NCBI RefSeq assembly: GCF_001949145.1
Contig: NW_019091359.1
Span: 765,838 to 829,837 of the forward strand
DNA from: Acanthaster planci
Taxonomy: Eukaryota
Length of the DNA stretch: 64,000 nt
Direction: 5' to 3'
Shown here piece after piece: positions 24,195 through 35,900 of this stretch (position 1 is its first letter; every line of letters begins with the position of its first letter). The notes under the pieces were generated by a model. It made no database searches, was not told the DNA's origin, and worked only from the letters and a program-made list of their open reading frames with translations. A program made the translations under genes and the position numbers.

Positions 24195-24775
24195 CTGAAA
24201 GAACAAAAAAGAGACAAAATAATAAAAATTGAGGTTTCTAACTCAGGAAAATTTCAGAGATCTACTGCAGTAATGGAGTATCCTATTCTTTTACAGTTTT
24301 GGGGGACACAATTTTAAAAGACTTTGGGACAGCATTTTGGAGAATATTTTAACAATTTGGGAGCATCAACTTTTAACATTTCATAAATACATGTCTTCCT
24401 ATCCAGACTTAAGTACGATAGGACTCACTATGAACAAATCCATTGACTAGTAATTCTATCACTAGTCTATGGCATCGTGCTTGCTGCCATTAAAAGGGGC
24501 CTTTAGGAGTGTATGGCAACACACGGCTGGTTTTTCCTACAGCCAAACATTTGGAATGGATAACACAGGCGGGTGACAAGCACAGTGGTTGGACCAAAAC
24601 TTGACTGCCACTTTTGTAGCTTGCCCGGTACCCTTGCCAAGAAGACACTGTGGACTTGCCAGTGGTTACGATAAGTAGCTCCCCATCACAGGGTTGGAGA
24701 CTCAAATTCAGCTACTGGACATATGATCTGACCTCAGATAAGTCACTGCGCCTTAGCTTGACTCTCTCCACCCAG

Positions 24776-25586
24776 GGGCCAATTTCACAGAGCTGCTTAA
24801 GCACAAAATTTGCTTAAGCGCCAGAAAACCTTGCTTGATGAATCAGGAACCAGCCAAAACTCCATGTAATGTATATTTTGTTGGGATCTATTTAGCAGAT
24901 TTTTTGGTTAGCATGGCAATCAGACAGAGTTTAAGCTGGTAACCTTTGTTTATTAAGCAAGGGTTTTACCACTTAAGCAAATTTCGTTCTTAACCACTAC
25001 CAGCCAGGGACTCCGAAATCGGAGCCGTATGGTTNNNNNNNNNNNNNNNNNNNNNNNNNNNNNNNNNNNNNNNNNNNNNNCTCCGAACAAAAGACCAGGC
25101 TGCTGGACATAACCGGCATTTTTCACTCTCAAAAGTGGTGATAATCCAGCGTTATTTTGAAACCGTATACCAGGGTCTGGGGCATTGAGAGCAAGCGGAT
25201 TACCACCGGGACAAAAGCTCTCCACCACCGCAGTGATGAGCCACACAGCACCGCTGCACGCTAATATGGCCCCTATTGAAAAGAGGTCAGCAGTGCACTG
25301 AGCCAGGTTCGTAAACAAAAGACAGTTGTATAACACCGCACAATCTGGACTCTGTTTACAAGGCTGCAGGCCTGGCTGAAATACTCGGGCATCAATGAAG
25401 GTCACCTGTCAACTTAGAGTAGTGCCTAAAGATTACTTCGTGCGGCTATAAACGACCGTTAAATGGAATGATGAATTTTTGAAGAATTTTGAAAACGGAA
25501 AAAATGATAGTCATGCCGGCCCAGCATCATCAACGTTGAAAAATGCCCCGGCACGAAGTGGTTAAGCTGCTCTATGAAATTGGCCC
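24776..25586. mobile_element. PIF/Harbinger-like MITE split by a piggyBac-type insertion
   Basis: TIR gggccaatttcacagagctgcttaagc / ttaagctgctctatgaaattggccc; flanks CAG and AAG; right TIR interrupted at a duplicated TTAA. Confidence 0.85.
24994..25561 (-). mobile_element. piggyBac-type non-autonomous element, full length 568 bp (includes 46-N gap 25035-25080)
   Basis: TTAA on both sides (24990-24993, 25562-25565); imperfect TIR ccactaccagccaggg / ccccggcacgaagtgg. Confidence 0.9.
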
Positions 25587-26242
25587 AAGGAGTGTTGTAC
25601 AACTACAGCTTGGTTTGTAGGCCATCTTGAGTATCTCTCTCCGTTAGGCGCTGGAAGGTAGTCAAGCTGACCTACATCCCAGGACCAGTACATCCCACTA
25701 CATGTACTTTCGAGAAATCAGCCATGCTGTATTTGCTAATACAACACCTCATAAATGATTCATGAGCAAGCATGAATTGACAAACTAACAAAAACAAGGC
25801 CAACATACAATTTGTTTCTGAGCCGCAGAGTTCCACCTGCCTGGCAAGGACTACAACAGTCTGGCTCCGTTAAGATTACATGTCACAGACTATGTGCCTA
25901 CGAGGTGGGTTCCAGAGAGAATTTTTAGAGCTACCAGAAAAAAATTCCACACGGCAGCGAGCTGGATGCTCACTGGGATGGCATTTCCTAGGCACAAATT
26001 GGTTCTACTTCCCGGATGCGAGGTGAAATCGGCCGACGTGCAGTGACGTGCAACAAATTGCTCATGAATATGTATGACGTGTAGTGAAACAGATGGGCCT
26101 ACCTAGGAGGACAGAGATGGTTAACAGTGTCTGATTAGCCCTTTGCCTGCAACGGTTACATCCTGCTGGATAATCCTGTACCCCTGCAACCATGTTTGCT
26201 ATAACCCTTACTGAAATGCTCTTCTTTGACCTGTAAGCATAC

Positions 26243-26368
26243 CTGTGAAATGAACTTGCTGTGGCAATAAAACATGTTACCCGTTTGGAACTCGCCGGTG
26301 GAGTTGAGGCACATACGGATGGTGATTTGACTGTAGGGACACTCAAGGACTTTGACAGTCTGCAGTTC
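26243..26368 (-). CDS. FBXO3: FBXO3 exon 5 (ELQTVKVLECPYSQITIRMCLNSTGEFQTGNMFYCHSKFISQ)
   Basis: tttag acceptor, cag|gtatgc donor, phase 0-0; fits the corresponding FBXO3 segment. Confidence 0.85.
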
Positions 26369-26856
26369 CTAAATGAAGAAGATCCCAATACGATGTGTTA
26401 GCAAACACAAATGCCCGCCAAGCCAATGCCTAAAGTTTGATAAAACCCTGACTTTCTTTTGAGATTTTCACAGAAACCACTCCATGGGAAAGTCATCTCC
26501 TTTGGCCATGATCTTTAACCCATGGAGGCCAAAAACAGTAGGCTTGTAGAAGACACAGACACCAACGTGCATCCTAAGTTTGAAGTTGTTTTTTCCTGCC
26601 TCTCTCAATGGACCTTATGCACGAGTCGGCCACGTTGAAATTGACAGTGATCGGTAAACTCTTCATTTTTGGAACATGAAGGCATCAATAAAAGAATAAA
26701 ATAAAATTTTCTGTCAAAAAAGTGTCTCTTTAGTCTGATAAATATTTTTATGTTTATGACAAAACATACTTCAGTCTTTTATAAGCCAGATTCGGAAAGA
26801 ACATGAAAGGTAGGCTTAGAACCCAAAACATGAATTCCAAAATACTCGTCAGGTAC

Positions 26857-27110
26857 CATCTCATTCAAGAGTTCGTCATCCATTTCTTTTTCCAGCTGGC
26901 CCAGATGCGACAGCACTGACTGGTAACTCAAGAGCGCCGGACAGCTCTGGAAACTGTACACCCTGATTAGGCCACCGAGGCCAAGCAAGGTGCCGTCGTC
27001 CAAGTAACTGTCCGCTTGACCATTGTGTATGTTGTAGGAGCACATCAGGTCAGCAGGAATGGTTAGATCATCTGTGACAGGAATGACTTCATCCTCCGTG
27101 GTCAGGGGCC
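26857..27110 (-). CDS. FBXO3: FBXO3 exon 4 (PLTTEDE...IPADLMCSYNIHNGQ...LLNEM)
   Basis: P.D..CSY.IHNGQ motif; acceptor firm, 3-prime boundary (ATG|gtacct) less certain. Confidence 0.85.
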
Positions 27111-27422
27111 CTGTGAAAGTACCAAAGAAATGGAATAATGAGCCAATGAAATTTCTGTTTAAAGGTATCCGCCTCGAGCAGAAGCACCCTGTCATGGAAT
27201 GAACAGCCATGTAGGTTGGGAGTGTTCATTTTGTTGGTAGCTATGCGACCGTAATGTACATGTATACATTTTCTAGTCGTTCGTGAACCATCAAAGTATG
27301 CATGTAGTTCCAACCAAAGGAGCCTCCGTTACTAAAACATTTTCCCCCTCTTGGTCCAGCTTGATGCTCACGGCCCATCATTTGCAGTCTTCCAGAAAAT
27401 TACCGGGCTGAAAAGCATAATA

Positions 27423-27666
27423 TGTGACCCACTCTGTGAAAATGAGTCATAAGTCGCCAGAGCCACTTTGGAGTTTTCATTTGTATTGGAAAGAGCAAAT
27501 TGAGGTTTTGTTTTAAAGTATCACTCAGTTTGGTATCCTGATGAATGTGGATACTCCATGGTGAAAAATGCTGTGGGGTCCTATTGATTTACACTGTGTA
27601 AAATTATACTTTTTACTCCAAAGTGACTTTGGCGAGTTAAGACTCATTCTCACAGAGTGGGTCACA
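27423..27666. mobile_element. MITE family A, copy 2
   Basis: tgtgacccactctgtgaaaatgagtc / gactcattctcacagagtgggtcaca; inverted relative to 5606-5858. Confidence 0.88.
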
Positions 27667-28717
27667 TATTTGGTTCAAAGAAGGATGTGACACTGAAGGC
27701 CCTTATTCTTTTGTCTTTCTGGCAAGCTGTCATTTTGAAAAAACAAACAAAAACAATAAAAGGCACCCATTGCCTATGACACGTCTGAAAACCCGTCTTT
27801 TTGAAATGATTGCCAGTGGTTTCTCTTCAATAAGGTGAAGTGTGCACAAGCATTGATACAATGCACAGACGGTAGCTGCAATTTGCCGGCTCAGCGCAGG
27901 ACATCCCGTAGCTGCATTCAGCAGAATTAAAACTTGTCCCCGGACACTGAATTTCGGGCACCATTCCGTGTTTGAACAAAGTGGGCGCTCCAGAACCCAG
28001 CAAGGAGGGCCTTCCATTTCACTGGGTCACATGAGCTGTTTCTTTGTTTATTTCTGGGAGTCTATGCACACCAGTAGCAAACCAACAACCACAAAAAAGT
28101 CAGTACAAAATGGGAAAGAATGGGGGGAATTAAAGAAAAGACCCAAATATTTTTGGATAAGTCAAAATATCTCAGCTGATTTTCCAAAAAGGGATGGGCC
28201 TTCTGTTTTTTCTTCTATGATGGCCAGCTAACTTTCATTTCAAAATAACCGCCTCCTTTTTGTAAAATATTCCATTTATAATTCTACACTGCTTGTTCAA
28301 GTGCCTTTGTTCAAAATGAACAAAGATCTTAGGAGAAATGGACACTTTTGCAAACCATGAAAAATCATGAAAAAGGACGGAGCTTCAAAAAGGATGTGCT
28401 TAGGGATGACCAACCAGTATTTTTAGCCTGACCTCAAGGATGAGTTTCACGCTATATCTGCAGTGTAACCATCGGAGCTAGGGCTAACATGATCAAAGGA
28501 CAATCTACAGTGAGCAGTGCTCCTCATTGTCCTGGGGGTAGGGTGGGACACAAATTTTCCACAGTGGGTGAACTTCAGTGAGGTTTCCTGGTGATGAAAG
28601 CCAATTGGCCTTGTTCACAAGTAGGCAGTATTGAATTGAGAGAGAGGATAACTTTCTTTATTTTGGCATATGAGAATAAATATAAAAGCGAGGAAATGAA
28701 ATTTCGTTACACATTAA

Positions 28718-29285
28718 CCACTTGCTGTCGGGTGCTTTTAAAAATGCAGCGCACACATACGGGAAATTTTCAAGATTTTCTGTTTTCAAAATTCTTCAAA
28801 AATTCATCATTTCATTTTATGGACGTTTACACCCACATGAATGACTCTTTGGTGGCTACTCAAAGATGACAAGCAACCTTCACTGACTCCTAAGTATTTT
28901 AGCCAGGTCTGCCCGCCGCCCTGTAAAGAGAGTCAAGAACTGTGAGGTGTTGCGTAATTTCCTTTGTCCTCAGGAAATGCGAGTGGTGTCTTTTCAAACA
29001 CGACTGGATTAGCATGCAGCGGTGCTGTGTTGCTCATCAATGGGGCCCTGGAGCACTATTGTCTGCGGTATTAATCCGCGGGGGTGCTATGCCCAAAACA
29101 GTGGTATACTGTCTGAAAACAGTGATGGATTACCTTCGAAAAATGCAAGCTAAAAAAATGATGGGAATTCCCAGCAGAAGGTCTTTTGTTCCGTACGGTC
29201 TCTTGTTACACGGATGAGCTCTTTTGTCCCATTTCGGGCATATAAACCCATGGTGCTCGAAACGGGGTTCCCCGGCAGAGAGTGG
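28718..29285 (+). mobile_element. piggyBac-type non-autonomous element, full length 568 bp
   Basis: TTAA at 28714-28717 and 29286-29289; ends ccacttgctgtcggg / ccccggcagagagtgg; colinear with the reverse complement of 24994-25561. Confidence 0.88.
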
Positions 29286-29515
29286 TTAATGTCACTTATG
29301 CCGATGAAGAATTTTAAATTTGTGGTTGATTGTATTGAAATGTTTGGCCACATTTTACAAAAATAATAAAATGGAGGCACGGAGCCTAAAACAGTCTGGC
29401 ACCCACCCCATTGAACAGATTACATTGAATAAGACAGAGTCTGGAAACACAGTAAAAATGGCTTCCCTATGAATAAGGTTTCTTCTAGCCAAGCTACAGT
29501 TCGAATGAACTATAC

Positions 29516-29694
29516 CATTAAGGGTTTGTAGAATGTCCTTGGCTCCCCTCCCTTTGAGGCCGCTTTCAATTCTATTCCACAGGCCCTTCACGCTAGAGTA
29601 ACAGCCTATGAACTGGCCCAGTTTCCGGTAGCTCTCTTGGAAGGTTCTATACCAGACAGTTGGACTCTCTGCATCTCCATCACTCTCAATGGGA
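29516..29694 (-). CDS. FBXO3: FBXO3 exon 3 (PIESDGDAESPTVWYRTFQESYRKLGQFIGCYSSVKGLWNRIE...LQTLN)
   Basis: W...F...Y..LG..I..Y..VK..W pattern; phases 2 and 1 fit neighbours. Confidence 0.92.
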
Positions 29695-30125
29695 CTAAAT
29701 GCCATGAAAATGGACAAAATCATAACAATTAGAGTCCATCCATTTCCAACAGGCAAAAAGTGCATAATGGTAACAAAGATGAAATACGTTTCCATGTTTT
29801 AGAACAACTCCCAACCATCTGAAAATTCTGACATAGATTCTAAGTAGGCATTTTGCATTTTCCTTCTTTGTGTGCTAGTTGGAGCAAATAAAAAATGTAA
29901 TGGATGTGCAGTAGTAAGCCTGCCACACATTCAGAAATAGCTCAAAATATTTGATATTGAACCCACCTAAAATGACGAGGGAAAGTGGCAGCTTTTACGG
30001 CGTTTATAAAATTGTGAGATTATGGAACTATATGATCAAACATGTACATGTTTAAACCCATTTACACCTAATGTATAGCATAATATTGCACAGCTGGCAT
30101 GACTGGGCTATTTCCATAACGTATA

Positions 30126-30939
30126 CAGGGTGTTTTAAAAAAGGAAATCCAACTCTAAGGGGCTAATATAGCTAAATCACATCTCACACATCATTTAGAG
30201 GGTCGAGGCAAAACAATTGAGGATAAGAGCTTTCAAATGACACCTTTCTTGCCTAATCATGTGATTACATAAGTGGATACCAATGGATTTAAATCATGGC
30301 ACCAAAACTGCACTGGTTCACTGATTGAGCCTTGTCGCATTTCACTTGGCCAACTGCCACGCCTTGATTGTGAATAATGTCTTGCCTGGTTATGCAATGG
30401 AGTTAATTTAAAAGGCCTGGCAAGGCCATTTTGGCCATCAAACAAGCTTGGTATCACAATGGTGCAGCTAACCACCGAGCAGAGAATTTTTGTGGTACAG
30501 AGATTTCAAGAAACCAAAGTCTGCAAGCCACACAGGATGCTTTTTGAGAAACATTCAGAGACAGAGAACCACCAGCAAAGAAAAACAATCCGGGCCAATG
30601 TTAACAAGTATGACACACATGGAACCAGCCTAAACAGGAACAGAGGTCACTCAGGATGGCTGTTGATGAATATGTGCTTAGAGAATAAATAATCTTTCAT
30701 TAAAATTAATGAGAATTTGTGTTGATTTTGTTTCACATGGAAGTGAACCAACCACATTTTTGTACCCTAAATTCTGAGTGATGGTGCTCAATCATGCACG
30801 GCCCTGAACAAAAAACCTTTCGTGTCATTTTAACACTCATAATTTCTACTTGAAGTGATACCATGATCCTTACTGAAAGGTATATAGAATAGTCATATTA
30901 ACGCCTTAAAATTGGATGACCTTTTTTTTGATACACCTG
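30126..30939 (+). mobile_element. Internally deleted Tc1/mariner-superfamily transposon with a transposase N-terminal remnant
   Basis: TA flanks; TIR cagggtgt-ttaaaaaagg-aatccaa / ttggatgaccttttttttgatacacctg; ORF 30459-30692 MVQLTTEQRIFVVQRFQETK...TIRANVNKYDTHGTSLNRNRGHSG resembles a DUF4817-type HTH; no catalytic DDD/E region. Confidence 0.85.
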
Positions 30940-31286
30940 TACATTTAGACCCTCATGTATCCCTCTCAATACACAACTCTGATATCAACTGGTCACCGGG
31001 TAGTTCTAGATGTAACTATCAGGGTTTTGCCTCAACCCTAACCTTCCCCAACCACACAGAATTAAACAGTAGCAAAGTGTTTCATTTTGTGGGGATAGGT
31101 CTGGTAGGCCCATAACAGCTGGCTTTTGCATTGGGTTTGGCATACCTCAGAAAAACTAAGTCCAACAGCCACTGTGCACAAAGTCCCATATGGGTGTTTA
31201 ACTTTGTGTGAATGGGGAAGGTTAGGGCCAGCAATCCTTGGGGGGTTTGGGTTAATATCTCTATTTTAACTTGCAGCTTGACTTAC

Positions 31287-31376
31287 CATACATCCAGCCA
31301 GTGGATGTGACATAATCTCTTCCAGAGAATGTTACTCCGGCTCAAATCTCGCAGCCTCTGGCAAACACAGCCTACC
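31287..31376 (-). CDS. FBXO3: FBXO3 exon 2 (VGCVCQRLRDLSRSNILWKRLCHIHWLDV)
   Basis: Second half of F-box; cag acceptor, gtaagt donor. Confidence 0.95.
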
Positions 31377-32462
31377 CTGTGATGTAGCAACAAAGAATTA
31401 AACAAATTGCAAAGTCAACAGCATCAGTTACACGTACATGCACGCACATCGAGAACAGAGATCTCCAACATTCTACGCAAACTTAAACAGCCAGCTAAAG
31501 ATGATACGTAGGCCCAGTGTTTCATCACTCGGACTCAGAACATTCTTCCTATTACATGTAGCAAGGCACGGTGTTGGACTCCTTTAAAATTGCATGTGTA
31601 AAAACAACTGAACAATCCTCCATGGTCAGTGTAGGGATAAAACCTGTTCGCAATAATTCAAAATATGTTCAAAAATGAGAATATTCATGGGCCAATGGGC
31701 ATTACTGTTCTGAGATAAAATATACGGTCAACCAAGGATGGCATCTCTGCAAACTCTGCAAACATGTTGACACTTGATTAGGCCCTATCATGATTATAAA
31801 CAAAAGAAAGGTTTACATGTATGCACAATGTCATGAGTGCAGGCCCCACCCCTAGAATTGTGGGGTCTGTCGTCTGCCCTACTACCATGGGATAGTGGGG
31901 CGGCCGTCGGACCCCCCCCCAGTTCTGGGGATATGCAGGCCCTAATGTAACTATTGGTTTAACTCATATCAACAGCCAAATTGTCTTTGACTTTGTTCTA
32001 AACATTAAATGCAAATTTCCTTATGCTACGACCAGGTCTATGTCATTGTATCATACTCCAAGAACTGTGAGGCGTACTCCGTGTACATGGAGTGAGTGTG
32101 CCTCAAAGTTCTGGGACTCTTGGGGAGTAGGCCTACATGTAACTGTCTGGCATGCTGGGTATCATTCATGAACATTAAAATATTAGGTCTTGATTTTTTT
32201 TAAGGGTATGAATCTTATAACATGTCAAACTAATAACTAGCCTGACTTGTCATGCTTGTTTGTTGGTCCTTCGAGAACTCTTACTCATTACTAAGTAGTT
32301 CGTAAAATCATAATAGAGGAGTCTGTTTTGCCTTCCTCCATGACATGCATGGTAAAACGGTACGTTAGTTAAAACACGTTCGTGGAGTTATCATGGTTAT
32401 GGAGGTGAGCCGGTGCGGTGATTAAAGTTAGAGAAAAAGGAAAGTGCATTAAAATCACATGC

Positions 32463-32560
32463 CTGCATAGGTCTTTGTATGTAACATGAGAAAGAACAAT
32501 AAGCAACAGCTCATCAGGTAAATGAACCACAATGTCAACTGTTTCTTCCTTCGGTTCCAT
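32463..32560 (-). CDS. FBXO3: FBXO3 exon 1 (MEPKEETVDIVVHLPDELLLIVLSHVTYKDLC)
   Basis: F-box start LPDELLL.VLS; requires a GC donor (AG|gcatgt). Confidence 0.9.
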
Positions 32561-32569
32561 CTCTCCGCT

Positions 32570-32720
32570 GGTCCGTTTACAGAACGACGATGGAACCTAG
32601 GCTAGTTGTGAGCGCCGCCATGGATCGTGTTTTTATTTTTCAGCTGTCTGCTTTTTGCTCCTTTCTGTAAATAGCGCCATCTATTGATGGCGAAACAGCA
32701 GGGTCTAACTTGTAGGCGGA
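32570..32720 (-). promoter_or_regulatory. Probable FBXO3 promoter with a CTCF-like motif
   Basis: CpG-rich patch upstream of the ATG; tcaatagatggcgcta on the minus strand at 32672-32687 resembles the CTCF core. Confidence 0.5.
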
Positions 32721-32893
32721 GCGAGTTGGATAACTTTAAGTTTTCGGAGGGGGAACTGAAAGGTGTGACCAAAGAAGCATGCAATCCAGAGGGTTTTTCC
32801 TCTCCTTTTAAAGATACAACACATAAGCAGTCGGATTAACATAGAATTTTTTACCCGGAAAAGGTCAGATTTTTTTTATGCAAATTCTTCGAA

Positions 32894-32961
32894 ATTACAA
32901 TTTATGACACAACCAAGCGCTACGCATTACAATTTATGACACAACCAAGCGCTACGCATTA
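32894..32961. repeat. 32-bp perfect tandem duplication
   Basis: attacaatttatgacacaaccaagcgctacgc x2. Confidence 0.92.
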
Positions 32962-35900
32962 ATACATTAATCGTGCAGATAAACAAGACTTAAAGTGTGC
33001 ACATCCTCCGTGGAACAAAAAAGAAAATTGTGTGAGTTTACATGTCATCCGGTGTCACATGGTTAAATATAGACTTTCAGACGCTATCTGTTGTATCAGA
33101 TATGGAGATAAATGTACTTTAAAATGCGATTCACAACCTGAGAATCAAATTTCCAGAAGTGCATGAAGGATGGGGATGAGGGAATGGATTTCAAATAGCT
33201 TCAAACTTTTTGCGCTTGATGATTTTGCCGTTGTTTATGCATGCCTCACAGACCAAATGTATCTGGGTGGGTGTTCTGAGGGTTGTAAAATTGGTGCCTA
33301 GTCAATAAGTGATTTGGTTTTGTTCTCTGTAGACAATTTTGCTGAGATACACAATGCAAAGGCTATTTCTCAACATCTGTGCAGGAATGGCGGTTGCCTC
33401 GTCCCAAACTTGTAGACAATTCAAGTCCAAACTCAGCTTATTATGTTACTGTACAAGAGCCGCAACGATGGATTTCAAGTGACGTTAGCGGACAAAATGT
33501 GACTATCTAACCACTCATCATCAAGTCTTTGAAGATGGAGGTAATGGCAGAGACCATGCAATGCAATAAAGGTATGACTCTACTGCAACACTGAATTAAC
33601 TTGCCACTCACTTGAAAAACTGCCCGATGATACAGGATTGTGTCAACAATGGCCTTCCTTTCCAAATTTCACCATTTAATCAGAAGAGCCAAATATTCAA
33701 ATGTACTTTACTTCTCATGATTAAGGTTTTACAAAAGCCACCATTTACACTTCTTTAACTTCATACATCATAAAGAAACATATAATTTAAATTCCAAGTC
33801 AACAATTACAATTGCACGGTTTTCTTTTACAAAGACATGAAAATAATTGGTAGGAAGAGAATTCAATTTCATGAAAGTGTACAAACTCATCGGAGCTTCA
33901 GTAACCCCCAACAAATTCAGTGGTAATACAGTAGTGTTCTTTCTACTTCTTGCATTTTGATTTTGTTTTCAAAACTACTGCAATAAAATGTAGTAGGTTT
34001 TGGAAGTAGGTTTTTATTCCAAGCCCAACCCCTACAAAACAAATAATCACAATTGTACAAGCAATGTATAATTTAGCTAAAGCAAAGTGAAATGGTTATT
34101 TTCCATTATGAAACTCTTCTGTATGTATACTTTTTGTCTGAAAACAAGAAATCATAAAGGTATGCAAACATTTCTTATGGCTGGTACTTCCAAAACTGAA
34201 TAAAAGGGCATAATTCATTTGTTTCCAACAATAGGTTAAATAATTCCCAGGTCCAAAACATAGGAATGAAAAAACACAAAAAGCCACCATTTTTTTAGAT
34301 CAACGTATGGCCACGGCTCCCTCTCTTGATTACAAGTGAACACAAAAACTAGCACAAAAAAACCTCTTCATCCCCCTCTGCAATGATACTTTCACAGATT
34401 GTACTTGAATTAAAAATGTGTATACCTCTGGTGCACTGCTTGAGTTAAAAATGTTGCATTGCACGAAGCATAGTGACCTTTCTCCACATGGTCTGTCAGG
34501 CAGCAGCTGACGCAACGCTGCAGAATGTATACCTTCAACACTCTCTATGTATAAAACTATCAGCAATACTTTACAAGCTCTTGAACAATCAACATAGTTA
34601 TCGTCCCACATATACAGAATAAAACCTCATACAAACTGTAGGCAGCAATATGATTTAGTTATAGGGCTTCAAACTGATAGATTTGCAGCCTTTGTGAAAA
34701 TTTTTTTTTTTGGCTGACAATATTCCTGCTAGAAGAGCCTCCATTAATTTCTGTAAACAATAAAAACCAAGAACACTTTATCTTCAGAATAAGAGTTGCT
34801 TGAAACAGTGGTGTAATGACACAAGCTTGCTACAACTTTTCTATGCAATGTCATAATGATGGCCCTAGAATCACTTCTTTTCTACAAATACACAAAGTCT
34901 GGAACAGCAGCAGCAGAACAATTTTCAAAGGGGGGGCAGTTGTGAGACCATCAGGCATCAGCCATTAATAGGGCAATCCGTTAAGCCCCACTTCATTATA
35001 GGCCCTGTAAAAAAGTGGGGGAGGGGGTACTGACCCCCCCTGCTTGCACCGCCAGTGGTCTAGAACAGGAAAGCTATATCAATTCTTGCAACAAATGAAA
35101 AAAAAAGACCATCTTTTTATTGCCATCAATCTACTACTTCTGATCCTTTTAGGAAATAAATGTGCCAAGCCTCAAAGGAATCACAGTGGACAATCTGAAA
35201 TGGAAGAATGATTTCCTTTCTGGATAATTCCTCTGGATCTAACACGCTATGCATTGTTGAGTTCTTTTGTGCTGTGAATTTGAAACCTGCAAAGAAAAAG
35301 CCTGTGTCCAGTGAAGTGGTCTGTGCCCTTTTGTATCACCAAGGACATGCAAAGTGCCAGGTTTTTGTTCATTAGGAATAAAAACCCTATGGAAGGCTAC
35401 TAGTGTTGAAAGAAAATTCATAACTGAACTGAATTAAATCAGTTCCCTTTTTATTCTGAGCACACACAGTCCTGATTAAGGAGCTCTTTAAAATGGAGCC
35501 CTCAGAAATTGTGCCTTTTCTAGGGGGGGAACAGTTCTAGATCCAAAAGCAGTTTATTAAAAGACTGACCTAAAATAGATGCTTAAAGATGCAAATTTTC
35601 CGTGAGTGCACTGAAAAGTGATGGTTTCACTGACAGTAGACTTCTGTGCAAAGAACTGCAGCAGAGTACACCAGTGTTTCTCTGGATGTAGATGACAGGC
35701 CTCTGGAAAGTTCAATGGACACTTCCTGCTTGTAGGGATTCAAACATTCATAACAGTCCAAAGTACCTGTATTTGAAAATGTCCGAGTTGATCTTCGAAG
35801 CAGCCTTTCTATCAACCATTCGAGAGTCAACACTTTTCTGCACAATACAGCTGTGATCAAACCAGATGGTTGCAACTGACAGGGACACTAATGTCTATGG

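Larger units (their letters stand above)
21373..32560 (-). other. FBXO3: Gene model: F-box only protein 3 (F-box, SMI1/KNR4-like, ApaG), 10 coding exons, 442 aa
   Basis: complement(join(21373-21470,22248-22361,22522-22605,23182-23342,24070-24194,26243-26368,26857-27110,29516-29694,31287-31376,32463-32560)) = 1329 nt, frame continuous; domain order and motifs match FBXO3. Confidence 0.92.

Noticed and set aside
27773..28404. Possible additional TIR element
   Set aside because: Inverted ends are only loosely similar and no TSD or second copy is visible
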